Assembly: GCA_964572405.1 (NCBI GenBank)
Contig: CAZNGL010000003.1
Location: forward strand, 1-62,706
DNA length: 62,706 bases
Direction: 5' to 3'
DNA from: an uncultured Bacteriovoracaceae bacterium
Lineage (GTDB): Bacteria; Desulfobacterota; Desulfomonilia; UBA1062
Positions within the stretch are counted from its first letter, which is position 1. The number at the start of each line of letters is the position of its first letter. The notes below the pieces were generated by a model, which searched no databases, was not told where the DNA came from, and saw only the letters and a list, made by a program, of their open reading frames with translations. Shown one piece after another: positions 49,101-58,634 of the stretch. A program made the position numbers and the translations under genes.

Positions 49101-49609
49101 TGCTCGCCGGGATTCTGAACAATGTGAGCGTCACCCGGACCAAGAAGGGGGAGGCCATGGCCCGGGGTGTTCTGGAGGATCTCGAGGGCTCCGCCCCGGT
49201 GGTCTTCTTCCCGGCCTGCTACGGGAAATACCAGGGTCTCATCGTCTCCGACGAGCCGGTGATCGTCCGGGCGAGGATCAAGGGAGATGAGGAGAACGGC
49301 GGCGCCGATACGGAGGGGACAGTCCCCGACCTCCACGTGGAGGAGGTCATGCCCCTGGACGGCGCGGAGCTGGTCCTGGCTAAGCGCGTGGTGGTGCGGG
49401 TTTCTGGCGGGCTCAGGCCTGACGCGCTCAAGACCCTCAAGGACACGGTCATGCAGTGCAGGGGGGCCTGCCCCCTGTGCTTCGAGGTGGAGACGGAGGA
49501 TGCCGTGGTCAACATCGATGCCGGCAAGGACTACATGGTATCGCCCGGCCGGGATCTCATCGGGCGCCTGTGCGAGATCTTCGGGGCCAAGGGGGTGGAA
49601 CTCCAGTGA
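46172..49609 (+). CDS. dnaE: DNA polymerase III alpha subunit
   Basis: PHP HLHCHTQYSLLDG, GPGRGSAAGS, PDIDVDF and FNKSHAAAY motifs. Confidence 0.97.
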   Translation: MGFVHLHCHTQYSLLDGAIRVDDLIGSTKAFGQEAVAITDHGVMYGAVEFYDKAIKAGIRPVIGCEIYVAPGDMEHKENIPGLPKHYHLILLARDNEGYANLMRLTSLAHTRGFYYKPRVDRKTLAGLSGGLIALSACLQGEIPYWLLRGDEAKAKDALDFYRNTFGGDFYLEIQHNGLPDQDTVNPMIVDMARRCGTPLVATNDCHYLRREDARAHEVLLCIQTQNTIHDKGRMSFETDQLFLKSPQEMAADFHWIPEALDMTAEIASRCCVEIPRDVYRFPVYPVPKGTTLEEVIEEKAWEGLRTRMGGSIPEDYAARLTEELSVIKSMGFAGYFLIVADYIQYAKDHGIPVGPGRGSAAGSLAAYGLRITDIDPIRWNLLFERFLNPERRSMPDIDVDFCQNRREDVIEYVKNRYGPEYVSQITTFGNMKAKAVVRDVGRVLGMSYAEVDKIAKLIPNDLNITLEQALTAEPRLKELAQSDPMVGQLIGIARALEGLNRHASVHAGGVIISDDRPLTDHIPVYVDKKGMLISQYDMKRIERVGLIKFDILGLKTLTVIAKTVEILKSQGVDLDISAIPLDDALTYQLIGEGDTNCVFQLESSGMKNTLRQLRPEKFEDVIAAVALYRPGPMDLIPSYVDRRHGRQDIEYPHPLLEKILKETYGIIVYQEQVMQIAQEMAGYSLGKADLLRRAMGKKIRDEMARQREIFMSGAVERGVASDKAGEIFDLMEKFADYGFNKSHAAAYALVACQTAYLKAHHFKEFMAANLTLDLSNTDKVAQHIAECRAKGVAVLSPDINESTFEFVVTRDGIRFGLGAIKNVGKGAVEAILEERSKAGPFKDLASFLNRIALSKVNRRVVESLIKAGAFDSLHTNRRAMFEHLDKLLDQAQRSARSRLDAQCSLFSLEEFADHDTATPCVLPDMPDWPEAERLKMEKEGMGFYLSGHPLKKYADLMNKYATATTLTLREAPSPVVLAGILNNVSVTRTKKGEAMARGVLEDLEGSAPVVFFPACYGKYQGLIVSDEPVIVRARIKGDEENGGADTEGTVPDLHVEEVMPLDGAELVLAKRVVVRVSGGLRPDALKTLKDTVMQCRGACPLCFEVETEDAVVNIDAGKDYMVSPGRDLIGRLCEIFGAKGVELQ

Positions 49610-50535
49610 AGGGCAAGGAAAAGTTCACCGACATCGACAATGCGCTCAAGGAACTGCAGGAGACCATCTCCCGCCTCAAGGGCATCGACACCGCCGAGAT
49701 AGAACGGAAGGTGGAGGTGTTCCGGAAGGATCTCTACGAGGGGATCTCCCGCTGGGGGAGCGTGGAGCTGTCACGGCACGGAGAACGGCCGGGTGTGGAC
49801 GATTTCATCAGGGGGATCTTCACCGGCTTCATGGAGCTCAAGGGTGACCGGCTCTACGAGGACGACCCGGCGGTGGTGGGCGGGATCGCCTTCCTCGACG
49901 ACATCCCGGTGGTGGTGGCGGGCCACAGGAAGCGTTCCGGAGGGAAGAAGGACTACATCCGACATCACTACGGCATGGCGAGCCCGTCCGGGCACCACAA
50001 GGCCGTGCGTCTCTACCGGCTGGCCGAGAAGTTCGGCCGACCCATCATCACCTTCGTGGATACCCCGGGCGCATATCCCGTGCCAGAGGCGGAGGACAGG
50101 GGGCAGGCCTTTTCCATCGCCCGGTGCATCCAGGCAGTGGCATCGGTGAGGACGCCGGTGGTGGCGTGCATCATCGGCGAGGCCGGTTCGGGTGGCGCCC
50201 TGGCCCTGGGTTTCGGCGACCGCATCATCATGCTGGAGAACGCCTTCTACAGTGCCATCAGCCCGGAAGGCTTCTCCTCCATCGTCTACAAGGACGTCTC
50301 CAAGAAGGAGAAGGCGGCGGAGACGCTGAAGGGCAGCGGCAGGGACCTCTATGCCGCGGGCATCGTGGACTATCTGGTCAAGGAGCCCGTAGGCGGGGCG
50401 CAGAACGATCCTGCCCTTGTGGTGGACGAGGTGGCAAAGGCGGTGCGCCAGTATGTGCACGAACTGGTGAAGATACCCGTGGAGGAGATTATCCGGGCGA
50501 GATCCGCCTTCATCGCGCGGCTCGTCCCGTCCTGA
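49606..50535 (+). CDS. accA: Acetyl-CoA carboxylase carboxyltransferase alpha subunit
   Basis: TFVDTPGAYP-x3-AEDRGQ, IGEAGSGGAL and ISPEG motifs; GTG start overlaps the dnaE stop. Confidence 0.9.
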   Translation: MKGKEKFTDIDNALKELQETISRLKGIDTAEIERKVEVFRKDLYEGISRWGSVELSRHGERPGVDDFIRGIFTGFMELKGDRLYEDDPAVVGGIAFLDDIPVVVAGHRKRSGGKKDYIRHHYGMASPSGHHKAVRLYRLAEKFGRPIITFVDTPGAYPVPEAEDRGQAFSIARCIQAVASVRTPVVACIIGEAGSGGALALGFGDRIIMLENAFYSAISPEGFSSIVYKDVSKKEKAAETLKGSGRDLYAAGIVDYLVKEPVGGAQNDPALVVDEVAKAVRQYVHELVKIPVEEIIRARSAFIARLVPS

Positions 50536-50621
50536 TGCCAGGGAGGTTTTTTCCCGCTGAAAGGGAAAGAATGTACCGGTTCAAGATCTTCAGGCCTTAT
50601 GTCGACAGAAGATGCAGGGCA

Positions 50622-50637
50622 TGGCACTATCTTTGCT
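50622..50637 (+). promoter_or_regulatory. Sigma54 (-24/-12) promoter TGGCACTATCTTTGCT
   Basis: GG-N10-GC spacing matching TGGCAC-N5-TTGCW, 22 nt upstream of ATG 50660. Confidence 0.65.
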
Positions 50638-50659
50638 TGCACAGGGTCAGGAGGGACGT

Positions 50660-51085
50660 ATGAAGATTGATCCGAACATGGTCATCGGTTCGGTAACCCC
50701 TGCCGCACCCAAGGCGTCACCCGTCGCCAGGGGATCGTTCGAAGGGGTTCTCCAGGGACTGGAGGCGGGTAGGGTGCAGAAAACCGGTCAGGTCCACGCA
50801 GGATTCCAGCATCCACCCATCAGCCCGCAGAAGCTGCAGGCAGTGGGGGTGAGCGAGGATGCCCTGGAGCTGATGGAGCGGTATTCCCGCGCAGTGGCCG
50901 ACCCTGCCGTGACCCCCAGGGCGCTGGCGCCCATGGTGGACGAGATGGAGGCCATGCGATCACAGATGGACGAGGCTTCCACCTTCCTCTCGGACGACGA
51001 CCCGCTCAGAGTCATCATGAAGGACGTATCCACGGCCCTCTACGGGGAGGTGCTCCGTTTCCGGAGGGGTGAGCTGAACGGCTGA
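50660..51085 (+). CDS. Hypothetical protein (141 aa)
   Basis: GGAGGG RBS; co-oriented with pilD (1-nt gap). Confidence 0.75.
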   Translation: MKIDPNMVIGSVTPAAPKASPVARGSFEGVLQGLEAGRVQKTGQVHAGFQHPPISPQKLQAVGVSEDALELMERYSRAVADPAVTPRALAPMVDEMEAMRSQMDEASTFLSDDDPLRVIMKDVSTALYGEVLRFRRGELNG

Positions 51086-51086
51086 C

Positions 51087-51851
51087 ATGGCAATCCTCGT
51101 CGCGCTCCTCGGCCTGTTCGTGGGGAGCTTCCTCAACGTCTGCATCTACCGGATACCGCGCCGGGAGTCCATCGTATGGCCCGGATCGCGCTGTACCAGG
51201 TGCGGGACCCCCATCCGGCCCTGGGACAACATCCCGGTGATCAGCTACCTCGTCCTTGCCGGCAAGTGCAGGGGCTGCGGCGAGCCCATATCGGTGCGCT
51301 ATCCGGTGGTGGAGCTCCTCAGCGCCCTCCTCGCGGTGAGCCTGCTGTACCGGTTCGGGCCCACGCCCGCCTTCGCCATCTACTACGCCTGGGCCTGCGT
51401 GCTGCTCATCATCACCTTCATCGACCTGGACTTCCAGATCATCCCGGACAGGTTCTCCATCGGCGGCATCGTGGCGGGCCTGCCGCTCGTGTACTGGCTT
51501 CCCGTGACGTACCGGGACGCCCTCCTGGGCATGCTCCTGGGCGGGGGAATGCTCCTCGCCATCATCTACGGGTACTACTTCCTCACCAGGAAAGAAGGCA
51601 TGGGCGGCGGTGATGTGAAGCTGCTCGCCATGATCGGCGTGTTCACGGGCTGGCAGGGCGTGCTCTTCACCATCTTCACGGCCTCTCTCGCAGGGAGTCT
51701 GGTGGGCATCCCCTGGGCCTTTTTGAAGAAGGGGGCCGAGGGCACCATGAAGGCGGCCATCCCCTTCGGGCCGTTCCTGGCCTTGGGAGCCATGATCTAC
51801 GTGCTCTGGGGGCGGTACATCATCGACTGGTACTTCGGGCTGCTGGGCTAG
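51087..51851 (+). CDS. pilD: Prepilin peptidase (A24)
   Basis: GSFLNVCIYRIP, CxxC pairs, IDLDFQIIPD, GMGGGDVKL and PFGPFL motifs. Confidence 0.92.
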   Translation: MAILVALLGLFVGSFLNVCIYRIPRRESIVWPGSRCTRCGTPIRPWDNIPVISYLVLAGKCRGCGEPISVRYPVVELLSALLAVSLLYRFGPTPAFAIYYAWACVLLIITFIDLDFQIIPDRFSIGGIVAGLPLVYWLPVTYRDALLGMLLGGGMLLAIIYGYYFLTRKEGMGGGDVKLLAMIGVFTGWQGVLFTIFTASLAGSLVGIPWAFLKKGAEGTMKAAIPFGPFLALGAMIYVLWGRYIIDWYFGLLG

Positions 51852-51905
51852 AGCGGCATCGCATGCCCCGGTTTTCCCGCGCCGGGATGTCCCGCCTGAT
51901 CCGCA

Positions 51906-52301
51906 TCACCCCTTCAGGGCCATACAGGAGATCTCCACGAGCACGTCCCGGGGCAGCCTCGATACCTGGACCGCCACCCGGGCAGGTTTGACGGTGCCCG
52001 GGAAGAACGGTTCGTATACCTCGTTCATGGCTGTAAAGTCATTGAGGTCCTTCAGGTAGACCTCCGCCTTGATCACGTTTCCCATGGTCAGGCCCGCGGC
52101 CTTGAGAATGGCGGAGATGTTCTCCAGGACCCGGGAGGTCTGTTCCCTGATCCCCCCCTCCACGATGCCCCCCGTGGACGGGTGCAGGGGGATCTGGCCG
52201 GACACGAACACGAATCCTCCCGCGAGGGTTGCCTGCGAGTAGGGGCCGATGGCCGATGGTGCGTCGCCGGTCGCGATGGCCGTGATCAGTGGATTGGACA
52301 T
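51906..52301 (-). CDS. RidA/YjgF family enamine/imine deaminase
   Basis: [26 protein letters not shown] and PARVAVQV motifs. Confidence 0.92.
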   Translation of the reverse strand: MSNPLITAIATGDAPSAIGPYSQATLAGGFVFVSGQIPLHPSTGGIVEGGIREQTSRVLENISAILKAAGLTMGNVIKAEVYLKDLNDFTAMNEVYEPFFPGTVKPARVAVQVSRLPRDVLVEISCMALKG

Positions 52302-52415
52302 GACAGTTCCTCCTTTTCATTCCCTCAGGGGATCTCCCGTGTTGAGCATACCCGCTTTGGGCATGCACGGCAAGACGGCCTGAAGGGGGAGATGCTTGGT
52401 TTGACGCAAAAAAAG

Positions 52416-52429
52416 AACGAGCGCTCGTT
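52416..52429. promoter_or_regulatory. Perfect palindrome AACGAGCGCTCGTT, candidate repressor operator
   Basis: 14-bp perfect inverted repeat 9 nt downstream of TTGACG, in the divergent ridA/oxidoreductase spacer. Confidence 0.55.
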
Positions 52430-52495
52430 AATGGACTTGCCTTTCACGGCCGTGGCATGTATGGTATCAGGAGAACACTGTGCAAGGAGACGTGT

Positions 52496-54430
52496 ATGGA
52501 GAGACTGTCCCACCTTCTGTCCCCCATTGACATCAGGGGTCTGCGCCTGGAGAACCGTGTCGTCATGCCCCCCATGGGAACCAACCTGGGCGCCAGAGAC
52601 GGCACGGTGAGCGATGAGCTCGTCGCCTACATGAAGCGGAGGGCCGATGCGGCCCCGGGGCTCATCATCGCCGAGATCGCGGCGGTCCACGAGTCCGGTG
52701 CGCTCATCAACACCCAGCTCGGCATCCATGACGACCGGTTCATCCCGGGGCTTGCGAGGCTCGCCCGCTCCATCCACCACGGGGGCGCCCGGGCGGCCAT
52801 CCAGCTCCACCACGGCGGCCGCGAGTGCTTCTTCCACCTGAGCGAAGGAAAGGCCCTGGGGCCGTCCGCCGTACCGTCCCTCATCTACGGGGTCGCCCCC
52901 CGGGAGATGGGCCTGGATGACCTGCGCATGATCCGCGAGGCATTCGGTGCTGCCGCCGTGCGCGCCAGGGAAGCGGGGTTCGACATGGTGGAGATCCATG
53001 CTGCCCACGGGTACCTGCTCTGCCAGTTTCTCTCCCCGCTCGCCAACAGGCGCCAGGACGAATACGGGTCCACCATGGAGAACCGGGCGAGGTTCGTCCG
53101 CGAGGTCATTGCGGAGGTGAGGCAACGCGTGGGGGACGGCTTCCCCATCTCGGTACGCCTGTCCGTGGACGAGAGCATCAGGGGCGGGTATACCACCGAG
53201 GATATCCTGCCGGTCATCCCGGGCTTCGTCGCCGCGGGGGCCGACGTCATCCATGCGTCGCTGGGCACCTACGGGAGCCCGGCGGGCGTGACCAGCGCGC
53301 CTGTGGAGTTCGAGCCGGGATTCAACGCCTGGCGGGCACGGAAGGTGAAAGAGGTGGTGAGGGTTCCGGTGATCACGGTGGGCAGGTTCACGGACCCGGC
53401 CCTCGCGGATGCCGTCATTGCCCGGGGAGACGCAGACCTGGTCTCCTTCGGCAGGCAGTTCCTGGCCGACCCGGACTTCCTTGTCAAGGCAAGGCAGGGC
53501 AGAGATGCCGACATCCGCAGGTGCATCGCCTGCAACCAGGGGTGCATCGAGCGCCTCATGTTCGAGGGCAAGAAGGTCCGCTGCGCCATCAACCCCGAGA
53601 CCGGACAGGAGACGAAGTACCCCAAAGGCCCTGCTTCATCGCCCAGGACCGTCTGGGTGGCGGGTGCAGGCCCTGCTGGTCTCACCGCGGCCTTCGAGGC
53701 GGCCCGGCTCGGTCACAGGGTCACCATCTTCGAGAAGGAGGCAACAGCAGGCGGCCAGATCAGGTTTGCCGCCATTCCGCCCTTCAAGGAGGTCTACGGG
53801 GCATGGATCCAGTGGCTCGAGCAGAAGGTCCGCCAGGCCGGGGTCGAGATCCGCACCGGTGTGGAGATGACCGCAGATTCCCTCGAGAAGGGCAGGCCGG
53901 ACCATGTCATCATCGCCACCGGTGGACAGAAGGTGGTGCCTCCCATCGAGGGCATTGACCTTCCCCACGTGCATGACGCATGGGAGATCCTTTCGGGCAT
54001 GGTCCCCCCGGGCAGGGACGTGCTGGTCATCGGGGGCGGTCTCATCGGCATGGAAACTGCGGACTACCTCTGCGCACAGGCAAAGACCGTCACCGTGGTG
54101 GAGGCGCTGCAGGCTTCGCCCGTGTCTAAGCTGTCGTCCCATGGATACATGCTCCACAAGAGGCTCAGGGATGCGGGGTGCGCCCTCGTGTTCGGAGGGA
54201 GCGTCACCGCAGTGAGGAAAGATTCGGTGAGCGTTCTCGTCAAGGAAGAGGAGCGGTTGATCACGCCCGTGGACCAGGTGGTGGTGGCGGTGGGACTGTC
54301 GCCCAGGCAGGGGCTCAGGGGTGTCTGTGAACGGCTCGGCATCCCCCATGCACTGGTCGGGGATGCATCCGCTCCCAGGCGCATCATCGAGGCCACCGAG
54401 GAGGGGGCCAGGGCCGCCTGGGGGATATGA
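52496..54430 (+). CDS. Old Yellow Enzyme-family NADH:flavin oxidoreductase (2,4-dienoyl-CoA reductase/BaiCD-like architecture)
   Basis: EIHAAHGYL, NRRQDEYG, 4Fe-4S motif CIACNQGC...CAINP, and two Rossmann motifs (GAGPAG, IGGGLIG). Confidence 0.9.
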   Translation: MERLSHLLSPIDIRGLRLENRVVMPPMGTNLGARDGTVSDELVAYMKRRADAAPGLIIAEIAAVHESGALINTQLGIHDDRFIPGLARLARSIHHGGARAAIQLHHGGRECFFHLSEGKALGPSAVPSLIYGVAPREMGLDDLRMIREAFGAAAVRAREAGFDMVEIHAAHGYLLCQFLSPLANRRQDEYGSTMENRARFVREVIAEVRQRVGDGFPISVRLSVDESIRGGYTTEDILPVIPGFVAAGADVIHASLGTYGSPAGVTSAPVEFEPGFNAWRARKVKEVVRVPVITVGRFTDPALADAVIARGDADLVSFGRQFLADPDFLVKARQGRDADIRRCIACNQGCIERLMFEGKKVRCAINPETGQETKYPKGPASSPRTVWVAGAGPAGLTAAFEAARLGHRVTIFEKEATAGGQIRFAAIPPFKEVYGAWIQWLEQKVRQAGVEIRTGVEMTADSLEKGRPDHVIIATGGQKVVPPIEGIDLPHVHDAWEILSGMVPPGRDVLVIGGGLIGMETADYLCAQAKTVTVVEALQASPVSKLSSHGYMLHKRLRDAGCALVFGGSVTAVRKDSVSVLVKEEERLITPVDQVVVAVGLSPRQGLRGVCERLGIPHALVGDASAPRRIIEATEEGARAAWGI

Positions 54431-54450
54431 ACCCGGCAGAGGTCATTATG

Positions 54451-54491
54451 CATGGGGAGGCCCGCCGGCCGGCGGGCCTCCCCATGTTTTT
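54451..54491 (+). terminator. Intrinsic terminator
   Basis: 36-nt perfect palindrome CATGGGGAGGCCCGCCGGCCGGCGGGCCTCCCCATG followed by TTTTT. Confidence 0.8.
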
Positions 54492-54583
54492 ACGTCTTTC
54501 TCGGGCTTCCATCTTCTGCTAAGCTGAGCCTGCAGATATGTTCCGCGGGAATGTCCCGCTCGATGGAAAAGGAGCCCAGTGCA

Positions 54584-55720
54584 ATGAAATCCGCATTTAT
54601 CTATTCCCCGGCCTTCGACACCTACAGCCTCGGGACGGAGCACCCCTTCAAGCCGTACAAGGCCACCATGGTCTATGAACTCTGTTACCGCTACGGCCTC
54701 TTCGACCACCCGTGGATCAAGGTCCTCGAACCGATGCCGTCTCCCGAGGAAGTCATGGCAGAGTACCACTCCCGGGAGTACGTCGAGGCCCTCAAGGCCT
54801 GTAACGGCGGGTACTACGACTTCACCATGCTGCACTTCGGCCTGGGCACCGGAGACAACCCCGTGTTCAAGGGGGTGTACGACTTCTCCCTGCTCGTGCT
54901 CGGTGCCACCATGGCCGGCACCGAGTGCATCCTCAATGGTGAAGCCGACACGGTCTTCAGCCCGGTGGGCGGGCTCCACCACGGAGGGAAGGGACATGCC
55001 GAGGGGTTCTGCTACGTGAACGACATCGTCATCGCCATCAAGCGGATGCTGGAGCGGGGGTTCAAGAAGGTCCTCTACGTGGACATCGACGCGCACCACG
55101 GCAACGGGGTCCAGGACGCCTTCTACGATACCGACGAGGTCCTGTTCATCTCCATCCACCAGAACGGGGAGTCCCTCTATCCGGGCACCGGGTTCGAGAA
55201 CGAGATCGGCGAGGGCAGGGGAAAGGGCTATACGGTGAATATGCCCCTGCCCGAGTATACCGATGACGAGGTCTATGTCCGCGTGTTCAAGGAGATCTTT
55301 CCTCCCCTTGCCAAGGCCTTCAACCCGGACTGTGTGGTGGCGCAGATCGGGCTGGACACCCTCAAGCGGGACCCGCTGACGAACCTCCGGCTTACCAACA
55401 ATGGGTACTGTGCGGTCATGGAGGAGATCCGCAGGGGCTCGCCGAAGATACTGGCCCTGGGCGGCGGGGGGTACAGCGTGCCGGACGTCGTGAGGGGCTG
55501 GACACTCGCGTGGGCGATCCTCAACGGTATCAAGCCCGTGGACCATTTCGTGGGGAGCGTGGGGAGCGGCGTGTACGGTCACGGACAGAGCTTCGATCAG
55601 CTCTACGACGAGCCCCACCGTATCTCCGATGCCCTGAAAAAGTCGGTGGACAGCTATGTGGACAATAAGCTAGCCTATATCAAGGAGCAGGTGTTCCCGA
55701 TTCACGGCCTTTCGTCATGA
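54584..55720 (+). CDS. acuC: Acetoin utilization protein AcuC / class I histone deacetylase-like deacylase
   Basis: HPFKP, GGLHHG, GFCYVND, DIDAHHGNG, YPGTG and LGGGGY motifs. Confidence 0.88.
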   Translation: MKSAFIYSPAFDTYSLGTEHPFKPYKATMVYELCYRYGLFDHPWIKVLEPMPSPEEVMAEYHSREYVEALKACNGGYYDFTMLHFGLGTGDNPVFKGVYDFSLLVLGATMAGTECILNGEADTVFSPVGGLHHGGKGHAEGFCYVNDIVIAIKRMLERGFKKVLYVDIDAHHGNGVQDAFYDTDEVLFISIHQNGESLYPGTGFENEIGEGRGKGYTVNMPLPEYTDDEVYVRVFKEIFPPLAKAFNPDCVVAQIGLDTLKRDPLTNLRLTNNGYCAVMEEIRRGSPKILALGGGGYSVPDVVRGWTLAWAILNGIKPVDHFVGSVGSGVYGHGQSFDQLYDEPHRISDALKKSVDSYVDNKLAYIKEQVFPIHGLSS

Positions 55721-55795
55721 CGCCGTGAGCGGGTGGTTACCTTTGGTTACCTTGGCGGGTGGGAGTTCATCCGGGAATGTTTTCGGGGTTATGTC

Positions 55796-56260
55796 ATGAC
55801 TGAGGAGAAGAAAGAGGAACGCAGAGGCTATACCTTTCTGGACAAGAGGGGCATGGATGAACCGGAGTCCCGGGATCATCAGGGGGGCGGGATCCCTGAT
55901 CCGGAACCGAAGCCCGGTCCCCGGCAGGAACAGGGCGCATGGCAGCGATCTGGACAGCCTCGCCCGCCTGAGCCCGGGGGGCCTCAGCGCCAGGCCCGCC
56001 ACGGCGAGCCCCTGTCCATCGATTTCACCACCCTGGTCATGAGCTTCGCCAGTGCGGCCATGATGAGCATGGGAAGGGTGCCCGACCCTGCAACCGGGAC
56101 GATCCATCGGGACCTTGCCATTGCGCAGCAGAACATCGACATTCTCACCCTCCTCCAGGAAAAGACCAGGGGGAACCTGAATGCCGATGAGGAACGGCTC
56201 ATGGACCAGATCCTCTATGAGCTGCGTATGACCTTTGTTGAGGCGATGAAGGAAAGATGA
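55796..56260 (+). CDS. DUF1844 domain protein
   Basis: C-terminal FTTLVMS...A-x2-NIDIL-x2-LQEKTRGNL-x2-DE-x-RL...LRM, resembling DUF1844. Confidence 0.7.
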   Translation: MTEEKKEERRGYTFLDKRGMDEPESRDHQGGGIPDPEPKPGPRQEQGAWQRSGQPRPPEPGGPQRQARHGEPLSIDFTTLVMSFASAAMMSMGRVPDPATGTIHRDLAIAQQNIDILTLLQEKTRGNLNADEERLMDQILYELRMTFVEAMKER

Positions 56261-57753
56261 TGAAACTGAAGAGAAAGTACGGGTTCTACGGGATACTGTT
56301 CATGGTGGCGGTCTGCTCGGTATTCGTGGGCATGTTCATCGCATCCGCGCTGAGGCTGGATTCGGTGAGCCAGGCAGATACCTTCTGGAAGGAAGGGGCG
56401 GCCCCCTCGAAGGTGAAGGTTCCACTGCCCGGATTCTCCGCCCTTGCCAGAGAGGTCACCCCCACGGTGGTGAACATCCGCACCACCAGGAGCATGGGCA
56501 AGAGAGACATATACCGCCGCTTCGAGCCGCCGCCGGGCTATGACGAGTGGTTCGACGACTTCTTCAAGAAGTTCTTCAACAACATCCCCGAGCAGGACCG
56601 CCAGCAGCGCAGCCTCGGATCGGGGTTCATCATCTCGGCCGACGGGTTCGTGATCACCAACAACCACGTCATCTCCGGGGCTGAAGAGATCTTCGTCTCC
56701 CTGGCGGACAAGGAGGAATTCCGGGCAGTGCTGGTGGGGACCGACGACAAGACAGACATCGCGCTCATCAAGATCCAGGCGGACAAGAAGGACTTCCCCG
56801 TGGCCGTACTCGGCGATTCCGATTCCCTGGAGATCGGGGAGTGGGTCATTGCCATCGGGAACCCCTTCGGCTTCGGCCACACCCTGACCCAGGGGATCGT
56901 TTCGGCAAAGTCCCGGGTCATCGGGGCAGGTCCATATGACAACTTCATCCAGACCGATGCGGCCATCAACCCGGGTAACTCCGGCGGGCCCCTGATCAAC
57001 GTGCAGGGCCAGGTCATCGGCATCAACACCGCCATCGTGGCTTCCGGCCAGGGGATCGGTTTCGCCACGCCCATCAACATGGCCAAGGAGATCCTTCGCG
57101 AGCTGAAAGACACCGGTGAGGTGGCCCGGGGCTGGCTCGGCGTGGCGATTCAGGAGGTCTCCCCGGAGATAGCCCGTGCCGTCGGCCTGAAGGAGGCCAC
57201 GGGCGCCATGGTCACCACGGTGTACAAGGGCGACCCGGCGGATCTGGCCGGCATCAGGACCGGGGACATCATCATGGCGATCAACGGCCAGAAGGTGGGG
57301 GACTCCCGGGCGCTCACCAGGATGATCGGGAGCCTGAAGCCCGATTCCCGGGTGACCCTGACGGTCTTCCGGGACGGCAAGACCTTCGATGTCTCCGCGA
57401 AGCTCCAGAAGAGGGTGGACGAACATGTGGCCCAGCTCGGGAAGGGTTCCCAGCAGGAACAGGGCGTGAAAGATCCCCTGGGGCTCACGGTGAGAGCCAT
57501 CACCCCTGAGGTGCAGCAGGAGTTCAATATACCGGAATCCGCAGGTGTCCTGGTGACGGATATCGACCCATTGGGGAGCGCTGCCCGTAGCGAGGTCCAG
57601 AAGATGGACATCATCCGGGAGGTGGACCGCAAGGCGGTGAATACCATTGATGAGTACCTGGCCGCCGTGTCTGCCAGAAAGAAGGGTCAGACGATACTGC
57701 TGCTGGTGGTGAGAGGGTCCAGGCCTCTGTACGTGGCTGTGGACGTGCAGTGA
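56257..57753 (+). CDS. Do/DegQ (HtrA) family serine endoprotease
   Basis: SLGSGF, TNNHV, DAAINPGNSGGPL and two PDZ domains. Confidence 0.95.
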   Translation: MMKLKRKYGFYGILFMVAVCSVFVGMFIASALRLDSVSQADTFWKEGAAPSKVKVPLPGFSALAREVTPTVVNIRTTRSMGKRDIYRRFEPPPGYDEWFDDFFKKFFNNIPEQDRQQRSLGSGFIISADGFVITNNHVISGAEEIFVSLADKEEFRAVLVGTDDKTDIALIKIQADKKDFPVAVLGDSDSLEIGEWVIAIGNPFGFGHTLTQGIVSAKSRVIGAGPYDNFIQTDAAINPGNSGGPLINVQGQVIGINTAIVASGQGIGFATPINMAKEILRELKDTGEVARGWLGVAIQEVSPEIARAVGLKEATGAMVTTVYKGDPADLAGIRTGDIIMAINGQKVGDSRALTRMIGSLKPDSRVTLTVFRDGKTFDVSAKLQKRVDEHVAQLGKGSQQEQGVKDPLGLTVRAITPEVQQEFNIPESAGVLVTDIDPLGSAARSEVQKMDIIREVDRKAVNTIDEYLAAVSARKKGQTILLLVVRGSRPLYVAVDVQ

Positions 57754-58634
57754 AGATCTTCTCGCCGGCCAAGATCAACATCTACCTGGAGGTGGTCCGC
57801 AGGAGACCCGACGGGTATCATGAGCTCCGTACCATCATGGTCCCCCTGGCCTTCGGTGACGAGATCGCCATGGACGCCGCCCCTTCGGGGATTCACCTTG
57901 ATGCGCCCGGCTGCGGCTGTGAGTCGGACAGAAACCTGGCATACCGGTCTGCCCGCCTGTTCTTCGACAGGACAGCCATCCGGGGCGGCGTATCCATAGC
58001 CATAGAAAAGAGGATACCCGTGGGATCGGGCCTCGGGGGCGGGAGCAGCAATGCTGCCAGCGTCCTCCTCGGGATGAACGAGCTGTTCCACGCCGGCCTC
58101 GACACGCAGGCCCTGGCTGCTCTGGCAGGGGAACTGGGGGCGGACTGTCCCTTCTTCATCTATGGGAGGCCCATGCTTCTTGGTTCCCGTGGCGATCTGC
58201 CCATCTGTGATGTTGACCTCGAAGACCGTGCCTATCTCATTGTCATCCCCCCCTTCGGGATACCCACTGCCCGGATTTTTTCAAAATTGAGCTTGCCATT
58301 GACTTCTGAACCGGGTAGAATTAAAATAGAAATAACTAGTGACCGTTGCATTGTGCCCGAGCACTGGGTCGTGAATGACCTGGAAAACGTGGCGTGTACT
58401 CTTTATCCCGAGCTTACTGTAATAAAGGGGGAGCTTCTCAGTTCGGGGGCGCTGAAAGCCGGTATGTCGGGTAGCGGCTCGGCCGTCTTTGGAATTTTCC
58501 AAACCGAAGCTCACCTCTGCAGTGCAATGAGCCGCCTCACACGGCATGAAGGGTATTCCTACATACCCACAACAAGATTGACGGGGGATATATATGGAGA
58601 TTACAGAGGTCAAGGTTTTTCCGGTAAAGGATAA
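57750..58634 (+). CDS. ispE: 4-(cytidine 5'-diphospho)-2-C-methyl-D-erythritol kinase
   Basis: PAKINIYL, IPVGSGLGGGSSNAA, LGADCPFF and MSGSGS motifs. Confidence 0.95.
   Translation: MKIFSPAKINIYLEVVRRRPDGYHELRTIMVPLAFGDEIAMDAAPSGIHLDAPGCGCESDRNLAYRSARLFFDRTAIRGGVSIAIEKRIPVGSGLGGGSSNAASVLLGMNELFHAGLDTQALAALAGELGADCPFFIYGRPMLLGSRGDLPICDVDLEDRAYLIVIPPFGIPTARIFSKLSLPLTSEPGRIKIEITSDRCIVPEHWVVNDLENVACTLYPELTVIKGELLSSGALKAGMSGSGSAVFGIFQTEAHLCSAMSRLTRHEGYSYIPTTRLTGDIYGDYRGQGFSGKG
58293..58327 (+). promoter_or_regulatory. Two overlapping sigma70 promoters inside ispE
   Basis: TTGCCA(58293)-N17-TAGAAT and TTGACT(58299)-N17-TAAAAT in a locally AT-rich patch of the CDS. Confidence 0.6.
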
